A stretch of 61,955 nt of DNA, counting the filler, from Dimargaris cristalligena (Eukaryota), in the NCBI GenBank assembly GCA_003614675.1. It is 13 parts of 13 records of this genome, joined end to end, with 100 filler letters (N's around TTAATTAATTAA, not from the genome) between each part and the next. Parts side by side here need not be neighbours in the genome. Positions count along the whole stretch, not along the records: positions 24,019 to 28,687 come from ML003738.1; positions 28,788 to 33,451 come from ML003739.1; positions 33,552 to 38,210 come from ML003740.1; 10 more parts are not named here. One strand, 5' to 3'. The position numbers were made by a program, and so were the translations under genes. The notes below the pieces were generated by a model. That model did not search any database and was not told the DNA's origin. It saw only the letters and a list, made by a program, of their open reading frames with translations. Below, piece by piece: positions 24,316 through 35,248 of this stretch (position 1 is its first letter; every line of letters starts with the position of its first letter).

Positions 24316-27300
24316 ATGTCGCCGTCATCTTCCGACGATTATAGGCAGCAGCAACCACCTCATCCGCCGGCTGTTGGCGGCAGTGGTCATGGTGCCAGTC
24401 AGGCGCTGTCGCCTCCGTCCGTCAAGTCGCCCGGTGTGGGCGGCAGCTTTCGCGGCAACCCGCGCCACTTGTCCGTGAACACGACAGCCTCGGCCGGCTC
24501 CACGTCCGCGGCGCTAAAGTCGCCGTCCCGCGAATTCACGCTGCTGTCCGATGCCGGCACGGAATTCGACTCGCTCGACCAGATGGGGCCGGCCATTCAG
24601 ACCATTTGCCAGACTGGCCGCGAGCAGGCGTTCATCAACGAGGTGGCCGGGTTCGTCGAGCGCAAGGAGGGAGAGATCGAACGGCTATGCAACACCCATT
24701 ATCAGGTAGCATGCCGTGTGGAAGCGGGCTGGCAGCATCGCAGTAACCACATGCATCGCCATGGATGATCTAGGATTTCATTAAGGCGGTGGAGGAGCTG
24801 CTGCTGGTGCGCCAAGGCACGGTGGCGCTGAAGGAGGACGTGCTGCGGCTGAATGGCGAGCTGCAAGTGTCGGGCGAGGACCTGGTGGCCAAGGTAGGAG
24901 ACGAGCTATGAGGATGCTACTCGTGTGCGTGCGCGTGCGTGTGTGTGTATGGGTTGGCGCACGGATGATTGACCGACTGCTCATTGCATGACCGCGATGG
25001 CCGGTGTATTTAGCGCGCGAAGCTCTACGCGGCCCAGCGCATCCGGGAGAATCTACAGCTGGGCATTGACCAGTTGCAGCGGTGTCTGCATGTGCTCAAG
25101 CTCGCCAACAAGGTGCGCATCCAGCTTGAGCATCGCAACTACTACACGGGCCTACGGGTAAGCGGGCGGCGACAGACGGCGATGTGCGCGAGAATGACGC
25201 ATGTTGTCCGCGGCGATGATCACCATCGTAGACGCTCGAAGAGTTGGAGGATGTCCATCTGCGAAAGGTGGCCAAATACGAGTTTGCCAAGCATATGGGT
25301 GGGTGGGATGCCGCGGTATCTGGCGCATGGCATTCAATGGCCATGAATGTAATTAGAGAAATGGATCCCCTTGATGAAGGAGAACATCAAGAGCTCGGTT
25401 ATGTCTGATTTGAAGGAGTGGCTGTTCAAGTAAGCGGGGCGCAGCTGCAATGGACGCATATATGGGAATGGCCATGCTTACACGGGCTGCACGGCGTGGT
25501 CGATAGCCTACGCGAGCAGTCGCGCATGGTCGGACAGCTGGCCATGCGGGAGGCGAACGAGCTGCAGGCGAAATCGCCCAAGGGCGAGAATGTCGACACG
25601 GCATTGGAGCTGGTGCTGGACGAGGAGAATGGACGTAGGTTGGCAGGCAGCGTGCCGATCGCCATGGAACGACTAACGAAGAGACGGGCAGTGGATCTGC
25701 TGGAGGACAACCGGGTCACGATTGATTTCAAGCCGCTCTATCAGTGCATCCATATCTACGAGAAGCTGGGCCGTAAGAATGAGTTCAAGAAGCACTACGA
25801 GGAGGATCGACAGGTGAGAGGCGGGAGGGAGAGGGAATGGCATGGCTGTCCATGGATGACGAGCCATGCACGGATGCATGTAGGCCCAGGTGGATCTGAT
25901 TCTCAAGGCCAAGATCGACACGACGCCCGAGGGCAAGAAGGCGCTGGGCGACATGCTACAAGAGATAGTGGGATTCTTTATTGTGGAGCACCGTGTCGCC
26001 TACACCACGCGCGAGTTCCGATCGAAAGCACGGGTAGGCAGCGAGAGGTGATGTGGGGGGAGCGCGGCACTCGGGCTTACCGGGTGGATGTGCGCATGGC
26101 GCGCGGCAGGTGGAGGTGCTGTGGACCATGGTGGCCGAGCGCATCACACGTGCGATATCCGACACCATCCGGCAGTGCTCCGATATCGACGCGCTAAGCG
26201 AGGTGAAGCAGTCGACGATGCTGTTCGTGCCGGCGTTGGAGGTAAGTGCGCGCGTTTGGCCCATGGACATGTGAGGCTGACGGGCAGGGATGTGGCTGTA
26301 TGCGGTAGCGGTACATGTTTGACACGCGGAAGCCGCGCGAGTTGACGCAGATCCTTATCGAGCGATGCGCCGCCCTGACACTTCTGACCTGTGGCACGCA
26401 GTTTAAAGAAGTAGGTGCATATCGTTTACGATTGTGGTTGCTAACATGTATGTATGTATGTGCATATAGCGCGCGGCCGACAAGGGATTCCAGCCTATGA
26501 CGATCCATGACGAGAAGGAGTACAAGGTGCTGCGCGGGCTGTACAAGTTCCCCGAGGAGCCCGATGCGCGCAAGCAAGGGCAAGTGTGCAGCCTATCGAG
26601 CTGTCATCGTCATCGCGCGCCATGTCATGCTTATGCGATGCTCGATGGATCGTAGATTCCCGCGTGCACTTCCGTTCGGCAGTGTCATTCCGCTTATTTG
26701 CGCGGACATCAAGCGCGGTGTCGATCAGTTCTATGGCTTTGCCGTGAACGAAGCGGGCCAGCCTGTGGTGCCGCAGGTCGATACGATCGTCCAGAATGTA
26801 GGCCATCGCATTGCTAGGACAATCACGAGATGCACAAGCTTACGCGATGACGCGCGCGTGTAGGCGGTGGACGCACTGCTGGGCAGAACGGTGCCCGACG
26901 TGCTGCGAGGCGAGCTCAAGTCCACCTCGATGCTGCAGGTGGTCCAGCTAAACGCGAACATCGAGCATTTCGATCATGTTTGCGGCGAGTTCGAGAAGTT
27001 CCTCACCGATCGCCGGCAAGTGCCATTGAACAGTGATGATCGCGGCAGTAGCAGCAGCATGTGTGCGCGCTAACCCATGCATGCAACAAATAGTGTCGTC
27101 CGATCGTCCAACGAGGACAAGATCAAGCTGAAGGCGCGCGATGCCTTCGACGATGTTAGGAAGCAGGCGGAGAAGCGCATCTTTGAGCTTATCAACGGCA
27201 AGCTGGACGCCTTCCTCGCCGCATCCGACTATGACTGGCAAGTATCGAGCTGTGCTGCTGGTATTCCGCGAGCCTGCATGCTCATACTGTGCATTAGGAT

Positions 27301-27972
27301 GCCCAAGAAGCCACGTGCACAGCCGGCCAACTACCTGACCGGTAATGCTGTCCGTCCACCATGTCCGTCTGGCCCGTGCTCATAGCCTGTCTGCTTGTAG
27401 AGCTCGTCAGCTATCTAAAGGAGATGTTCACCACGGCGCTCGTCCATCTGCCGGTCAATATCAAGTCGCTCGTGACATTCGAGGCGATGGACCATTTGGC
27501 GACATCGATGAATGTAGGCGCACACACATACACATGCATTCATCCTACTAATCACGGATACCTACTTAGGAGCTGCTTCTGGGATCGAAGGTCAAGAAGT
27601 TCAATAGCAACTTTGTCGCCAACATGGACGTCGATGTGTCGTTCCTCGAACGGTTCCTCGAGGAGCTGGGCGATCCCATGATGCTCGATATATTCGTCGA
27701 GTTGCGACAGGTAGCTCGTCGACCATGCATGCGAGGCAGCCAGGGCTAACGAGGCTGTTGCCAGGTGATCACCCTACTGCTATCGAACAACCAGGAGGAG
27801 TATCTCGACATGCAGATACGCAATCGCAAGTACTCCCGTCTCAAGCCGGCCATGGTGATGGCACTATTTGAAAAGTAAGGATCCACCATCGGCCAGTACA
27901 TCCATCATGAGCACGACTGACCATCATCATCATCATCATCCTTCCTGTTCCATGCGTAGATTCCGGCCATAA
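24316..27972 (+). CDS. SEC15: Exocyst subunit Sec15/EXOC6; about 19 exons
   Basis: Spliced model gives EIERLCNTHYQ|DFIKAVEELL, MSDLKEWL, IDFKPLYQCIHIYEKLG, EIVGFFIVE, FPRALPF, AEKRIFELINGKLDAFL, FVELRQ; the splice sites I traced keep the frame. Confidence 0.92.
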
Positions 27973-28120
27973 TAATACTAGCAACACAATGCAAATAAAC
28001 AACAGTTTCTTCTTCCATTGACCACTAATGCTGCATAATTACTGTATCTTTTATTTCCAGTCATATCATATCTACTAGTCCGCATACATATGAAGGGCAC
28101 GTCTCTCTCCCCCCCCCTCT

Positions 28121-28643
28121 CTAGGCCTGAATGCCCGTCTCCAATGCTGCTATGAGCGGGGCCATCTTCTCGCCTCGGATAAAGTAGAGACGGCGTGCCG
28201 GGGCGATTCCCGTCTCCTGGAAGGTCCGTAGGGCATCGGCAACTGGTGGCGGCTTACGGAACCCGAAATCGCACTTGATATCCGCGAACTAGACCATCGA
28301 GCGCATCGTGTCCAGACAGTGTTGGTTATGTACGCCAGTGCACAGTCGAGTAAGCTGCCCATGCGCCTACCTGATCGATAATCTCGTCCTCCAAATGATA
28401 GTGGAAGATGGCCGGCTCGCTTGCCTAATGCGCGTGCACATAGAGTAACATGTCATAGCATGGTCAGCGTGGTTATTGTCGCAGCTGGCATAGGATGGCT
28501 GTGGCACATGCAACACACACCTTATTCTTCTTCTTCTTTCCTTGCACAACGGGCGCATCGGGCATGTCGTCATCGGCCACCGGTGCCACTTCGCGATACG
28601 TCTTCGACAGCAGCACATACCATGCAAACTGATAGGGTTCATT
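28121..28643 (-). CDS. BCP1: BCP1/BCCIP family protein, 3' exons (28521-28643, 28371-28424, 28121-28288); 5' truncated
   Basis: Phase-0 GT-AG spliced translation NEPYQFAWYVLLSKTYRE...KKKKNK|ASEPAIFHYHLEDEIIDQ|FA...GIAPARRLYFI matches the BCP1 C-terminal motifs (LSKTY, FHxEDE). Confidence 0.75.
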
Positions 28644-28892
28644 CTAGCGAGGGGTGCCCATCAGCGTTAGTCAGTCGCATGCCGCGTNNNNNNNNNNNNN
28701 NNNNNNNNNNNNNNNNNNNNNNNNNNNNNNNTTAATTAATTAANNNNNNNNNNNNNNNNNNNNNNNNNNNNNNNNNNNNNNNNNNNNTAAATCAAGGGTC
28801 TAGGTTATTCAGGGGCGACGGAAAGTAGTAGCTGGTCTTGATGCCATTGTTGGAATAACCACCGGTGGTCCTGGGTCACTTAATGTTGTTGG

Positions 28893-29129
28893 CTAGGAAC
28901 GTTGGGGACGTTGGTGGCGTTGCTGGTTTTGATTGAGTTCCGAATGAGTTTGTTCTAATAAACTCGGTGGCTTGGCTACTGGGGAGGTCATGGGAACATT
29001 CGGTACCGGCGGGTTGGGGATTCTTGCAGGACGACTGGGGAAATCACCAGACCGGTCCTGAGGACGTCCTGGTGACCTGGGCCTGGAAATAGGTGCCGCC
29101 GAAGTTTGTGGTTCTTGGGGAGGCGGCAC
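28893..29129 (-). CDS. Short Pro-rich ORF of unknown function
   Basis: GC-rich, Pro/Gln-rich 78-aa ORF with a non-ATG start near a contig edge; possibly an exon. Confidence 0.25.
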   Translation of the reverse strand: MPPPQEPQTSAAPISRPRSPGRPQDRSGDFPSRPARIPNPPVPNVPMTSPVAKPPSLLEQTHSELNQNQQRHQRPQRS

Positions 29130-30678
29130 AACAATTAGGAAATCAAAGGAGTTTTACCTATTATATTAATAGTTTACATCAGAATGTATACTAGAATTTA
29201 TCTACTTATTTTTTAGTTAGCTTTTTACTTATATGCCATATATTTCTAAAAAAAAATCGAGCCCCTAGTATATTGGGCCATAGTAATGATTCATCAACAG
29301 TGTGCTTTATTTTATAACGGCCCCATCCTCTAAATGGATATCCGTGCGTAACATCAATACTTGGCAACCGGCTTACAGTATTATATAGCTACAAGTGTGC
29401 AAAAACTATGAATTAGTACCGTCCTAAACCGTTAATTTTGCAAATATAATTTAATTTGGAATCAATTTTAGCGGACAGTTGCCGGAAGTGAATCGTTATT
29501 AATAATTGAATTCACTTTAGAGAAGTTTCTACTACTGTGGCTGGGACCGTACCAAGGTGCTCATGCCTTCAACTGTAGTGACAAGTCGATACTCGTACCA
29601 ATATGTATACTAGATGAATTAGCCAGTTACGATCGCGTGCTTCTGGTTGCTAAAGTGGCATTACAACTTGGATTGTCTTGGGATAGTCTACGGCGATATT
29701 GGATGTCTTATACCCATCCCCATTTGTTGAAGCCCGGTATTTTAAACTGGCACCTTTAACGTTTTCATGGTCTTCTAATAATTTGATATCGGTATCACCA
29801 CCCTTAATAATCCTCTAGCTGTATTATTCTGGCTAATTAGCCGCACCACCGGTAGCCCCCCACCCATTTCCTTATACCCACCAAAATGTACTAGGTATTC
29901 AGCCCCCATCTTTTTCTTTGTGGTATGACAAAAGCCCGTGTTTACATCCGATAGTGCAATCCTTCTTTCGAGGGTAAAAGACGGGAGCGGCTAAGGACAG
30001 TTGAGATTCTCCTGGTATTTAAATTCTCCAAGTAAAATTGGTGAATAAGGGTTGTCGAATAAATTTGAACGTATTGTCCTTAGGTAGTCGAAGCATAAAC
30101 ATATTTGCATAGAATAGTTCATAATAGTAGGTGGTCTTATACAAGGCCGTTATATAGTCAGTAATTTGGGTCTATTTTCATCGACAGCGAACTCGAGCCG
30201 CAGTGGGTTAGGATAGGGACCTCTTCATCCATATCACGTGACCTGTTCACTATATTTCAGAATTGAGGCAGTCTTCTAATTAATAGTGAAAAAAAAAAGA
30301 ATATTTCGATCTGGCTGACTAAACCAGTGAAGCCAACGGACAATTCAAAGCTAATTTACCACCACCATTTGTAAAAGACGGCGGAAAATAATTACACATA
30401 GGAGGGGGGTGGGTTTTATAAAACCACAGTCAATGAACTATATACCCCCCAGTCTGGCCCGCAGACCATACCAAAGTGCCCTTTCTTCTTCCCCCCAAAT
30501 TGTTTCTCGGTCCCTAATCAACCTTCCATTGGTTATTTCGAGTCCAGTTGTATTTGTGTATTTTTTTTAATAGTATCTTGCATGGTCCTTCGTTTACCAA
30601 GCGCACTCTATCATACCTGCCCTATAATAGGCCCCATCCCCTACTTTTCCAGCTCGAGTAAATCGTACAAAAGTCGAC

Positions 30679-32534
30679 ATGGAGTATCGGCCCGAACAGA
30701 CCACGCAGCTCATGTAAGTACTAGCCATCTCGAATTAATATCAGTCGACCCGAATACCCCCGCAGTACTACTCCGCCATCAATGTATTGTGTTTGACATA
30801 CTCCGAGTATTTGCCGTCGGGTGTAATAACAAGGGGGCTTAATTTCTCCTTTCGAACATATCGTCTACTCGATAGGCCCCGGCTTAGTCAGCCTCCTTAC
30901 TGAATGTATCTCAAACCACATCCCTATATACATACGCAATCTGCCACTATCATAACATACCCCCTGCCCTTCCATACCCTGCTGTATATAGCCTGTGCTG
31001 CTCTTGCGGTACGGCGATTCCGCCGAACCCGGCGAATATGTGTGAGACCTGTATTCGCAGCGAAGTGGACATTACCGAGGGCATCCCCAAACAAGCCACG
31101 ATTCATTTCTGCCGTAACTGCGAACGCTACCTCCAGCCGCCCACCCAATGGATTCCCTGTGTGCTCGAATCGCGGGAACTGTTGACCTTGTGTATCAAAA
31201 AACTCAAGGGCCTCAACAAGGTTCGCCTGATTGACGCGGGGTTCATCTGGACCGAGCCCCATTCTCGGCGTATCAAGGTTAAACTCACGATCCAGAAGGA
31301 GGTCTTCGCCAACACGATCCTGCAGCAGATGTTCCAGGTCGAGTATGTCGTGGCCTACCAGCAGTGCGAAGACTGTACCCGGGTCATGGCCCAGAATACC
31401 TGGAAGGCCATGGTGCAATTGCGTCAGAAGGTGCCCCACAAGCGTACGTTCCTGTACCTCGAACAGCTCATTCTGAAGCACAGCGCCCATAAGGATACCA
31501 CCAACGTCAAGGAACGCCGGGACGGTCTGGATTTCTATTACGCCAGCCGGAGTCACGCCGTGAAGATGCTGGACTTTTTGCAGGCCGTGGTGCCCGTGCG
31601 CTCCAAGTCGTCGGAACAGCTCATTTCCACGGATATCCACAACAACACGTCCAACTACAAGTTCACTTACTCGGTGGAAATTGCCCCCATTTGTAAAGAC
31701 GACCTGGTGTGCCTGGCCCCGAAAATGGCGCAGTCCCTGAGTAATATCAACCCCCTGTGTCTGTGCTACCGGGTGGGTAACAGTGTGAACCTCATTGACC
31801 CCCACACCCTAACCATGGCCGAAGTCCAGAGTGGTCTGTACTGGCGGAACCCCTTCTCGGCCATTCTGGCCACCAAGGACCTGGTGGAATATTACGTGTT
31901 CGATGTGGAGCCCCTCGGCGTCTCCCGCGGCCGCTTCACCCTCGCTGACGTGACCCTGGCCCGCACGTCCGATTTTGGCAAGAACGACACGTCCTTCTTT
32001 GCCCGGTCCCACCTGGGCGGGATCCTCAAACCCGGGGACACCTGTCTGGGCTACGATTTGGCCACCACCAACGTCAACGATACCAACTTTGACCGTCTGG
32101 ACGCCGGCCGTATCCCCGATGTGGTCATTGTCAAGAAATCCTACCCCAACCGCCGTAAGAAGAGTCGTACCCGTCACTGGCGACTCAAGACCCTCACCAA
32201 GGAAGAGGAGGACGTGCTACCCCGTAAGCAAGATCAGGAGAAGATTGAACAGGACTACGAACTGTTCCTGCGTGATTTGGAAGAAGACCCCGAATTCCGT
32301 GCCACTATCAACCTGTACAAGGCCGACGAGAACGCTACTAACACTGCTGCCCCAGCGGCTGCCCCCGGTCGGTCGGTTACCTTTATGGAACAGGATGATA
32401 CGGCTATGGCTCAGGATAGCGACGATGTTGGTGAAGAGGAAGAGGAGGACTTCCCCGAAATTGCCCTGGAAGAACTCATGAACGAACTGAACATCGAAGA
32501 GGACGAGGAGGTTCCAAGTGTGATGCCCGAATAA
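30679..32534 (+). CDS. NMD3: 60S ribosomal export adaptor Nmd3; exons 30679-30713 and 30992-32534
   Basis: Spliced start MEYRPEQTTQLILCCSCGTAIPPNPANMC; FIWTEPHSRRIKVKLTIQKE; QLRQKVPHKRTFLYLEQLILKH; acidic tail; GTAAGT/TAG phase-2 intron. Confidence 0.97.
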
Positions 32535-33082
32535 GCCCCTCCCCCCTTCTAGGTTTGGTTGCGCATAAATACATAGTTATATCCTTTGAACTCGTTCTTT
32601 AGCAATCATCGTTATTTTCCAGACACATTTGTGTTTTTATTTCTTCGGCAATTCAGCTCTGCATTCAAAAATTTACCTAATACATTCGCTATAAAATCGT
32701 TACCGATAGGTCTAAAGAATTTGCTATGATTGCAAAACAGCGAATTACCATTAAGATATAATTATTTACTCAAGCCGAGTTGAACTTGCACATAAGGATA
32801 CAATATTATTAAAACGCTACGATAGATTTGGTCAAGCATATGTTGCAGTACTGTGTAACTCTATATTAATGGCATTTGGCATAGAGAGCTGCGAGATATA
32901 AGAATGCTTTATTGTTGAAAAATAAAAATACCGATAAGAATAATGCTGATTTAACAGCTATTACCATATAGGTTGACAGAATAAGGACAAGTAAAGCACA
33001 ATATAGGTGGATTAATGATGGGCGAGACCTGCTATCAGCCGCTGATATTATCCATGGTATAGTGGATGGGACAGCAAATCCG

Positions 33083-33451
33083 TTAAATATCCCGAATCGC
33101 CGATACAAGAGCATCCAGGTCGGTAGCATGTATGTATGTGTGGGTCGGCTGGGGAAGTCCGCGATTATTTGGGGAAAAATAGACCGAACGATCAGGAAAC
33201 ATCAACAAACCGTGTGGATAATCCGCGTGGCAAATATATGAGGAAATTTGAAGTATGCCAATCCGCTCATTATCGTTACTACTCTTGCATTCGATGATCA
33301 GGATCGGCTTTCCATCGTGTTGAATCCCTACAGAGATAGCACTTCGATTAAGATAATAGTACCGTTCGCTACGAATTGTGTATCCACTATTAAAAATTTT
33401 CCCCGCAACAGCGAGGATACCAAGGGCAAGCCCACTCACTTCGTCTACATT
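33083..33451 (-). CDS. C-terminal fragment of a PD-(D/E)xK (restriction-endonuclease-fold) protein, 5' truncated
   Basis: PILIIECKS...GILQISSY...HGLL matches the hhhECK / GxxQxxxY pattern; frame is open to the contig edge. Confidence 0.55.
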   Translation of the reverse strand, partial: NVDEVSGLALGILAVAGKIFNSGYTIRSERYYYLNRSAISVGIQHDGKPILIIECKSSNDNERIGILQISSYICHADYPHGLLMFPDRSVYFSPNNRGLPQPTHTYIHATDLDALVSAIRDI

Positions 33452-33591
33452 NNNNNNNNNNNNNNNNNNNNNNNNNNNNNNNNNNNNNNNNNNNNTTAAT
33501 TAATTAANNNNNNNNNNNNNNNNNNNNNNNNNNNNNNNNNNNNNNNNNNNNTGTTTTTACTAACACTTGTCACCAATCGGCTTCGTTGTAC

Positions 33592-35004
33592 ATGGCTCTA
33601 AAGATTACGGGGTCGTCCGATTATGAGTTGGCGCTTGCTCTTCAGAATGAGGAAAATGCCCAGGATTCCAATGCGATCCAAACGGAATCGGGTGGTGCGA
33701 TATTCCTTTCGAAACTGCCTTCAGGTAAGCCTCTCCTGGCATGCTTGCTGTGATGGTCCATATAGCTATAACATACCACACCTGGCAATGTCGACCCAGT
33801 CCGATGCCGTCATCGTTTCTCCGCTACCGGGTTCTAACTCATTGTCCTACTCGATATAATTTACCTCCCTCCCCCGTTTGCCGATGCGACCTCAATCAAA
33901 AAAAATAAAAACTTAGTAAACAACGACCCGGAAGTTCACCCCGATCTACATCAACTGTTTCTCAAGTATAACGCGACCTATTTCTGGGGACAGCTCCATA
34001 TGGTCGAGGTTAAGTGGTCGATTCGGATGCGGCTTTGCGCGGGTGTATGCTCCTACCATAGCCGAGAAGGGTTTTGCTCCATCCGTCTAAGCGAGCCTCT
34101 CCTCAAGTTCCGGCCCGTATCGGACATGATCAATACTTTGTTACACGAAATGATCCACGCCTATTTGTTTGTCACCCAGAATAACCGTGACCGTGATGGT
34201 CACGGACCTGAATTCCATAAACACATGGACCGTATTAACCAGGCCAGTGGGAGTCAAATCACCGTCTACCATACGTTCCATGATGAAGTGGATTTTTACC
34301 GTACCCATATATGGCGCTGCCAGGGCCCCTGTCGCGATCGCCCCCCCTATTTCGGGTACGTTAAGCGAAGTATGAATCGCGCACCTCAGCCAGCTGATTC
34401 ATGGTTCAAAGACCACCAGGCGTCTTGTGGTGGCACATACATCAAGATCTCCGAGCCCTCGAAACCAACCAAAGCCGCGAAACGCCCTTCAGAAAAACAC
34501 GGTCAAGCAACCCCAAGCTCGAAACGGACCAAACCACTGACGGCTAACATCCCGGCTAAATCAACGACAACCGACTCTTCAGCGCGCCCACTAGAAAATT
34601 ATTGGAGCCGGCTGAAGTCCCCGGGCCAGCAGCTTGGTGCTGGCCCAGCCTGCCCCGTTGCATTTACCCCTCCTCTAAACGATAAGACCAATATCGAACG
34701 AGACCTGCTACAGCAAACAAGTATACCACCTACCAAGTCATCGTCGGCAGCCAACCCTCCCCATCCGAGACCGGGACCGATTCAGGCACCTTCTAAAAAA
34801 GTTATTGTAACGGTTGATTTAACCGCCGATACGCCAGATGAGTCATCGATGATATTACCGTCTATCAATAATGACCCTTCACCAATCGTACTAACCGACT
34901 TTTACGAGCGATCAAAACCCCTCACCTTGTGCTGCCCTGCCTGCGGCCAGATTGGAATACCACAGAACGACATTAACCTACATTTGGATAGATGTCTAGC
35001 CTGA
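33592..35004 (+). CDS. SPRTN: SprT-domain DNA-protein-crosslink metalloprotease Spartan; exons 33592-33724 and 33917-35004
   Basis: TLLHEMIHAYLF HEXXH motif; DRDGHGPEF; ITVYHTFHDEV; PPYFGYVKRSMNRAP; SHP-like PGQQLG; C-terminal UBZ CPAC...INLHLDRCL; phase-1 GT-AG intron. Confidence 0.95.
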
Positions 35005-35248
35005 CTACAACAACCCAATTATTCACTTCTAGGAATGTAGTCGGTTTCTTCGATGGCATTTAAGCCGCTTGTATTATTTTTGCTACCTCTCCCAAATAAT
35101 GTACTTGTAAACACACCTTTTGATAATCAAAACTCATTCATTAAACTAATAGTATATTAGCCAGCGACAATCCGGAGATAAGAACGCTTTATTGTACAGT
35201 GTTAGGGGGGGGGTAAGTTCCCAAATACGGGCATGGTTTTTTCTGCAG

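Noticed and set aside
24293-28735. Many short overlapping ORFs in the GC-rich contig
   Set aside because: Explained by SEC15 and BCP1 exons read through introns or in other frames
30924-32177. Long antisense ORFs (293 aa and 122 aa) over NMD3
   Set aside because: Shadow ORFs expected from GC-biased codon usage of the sense gene
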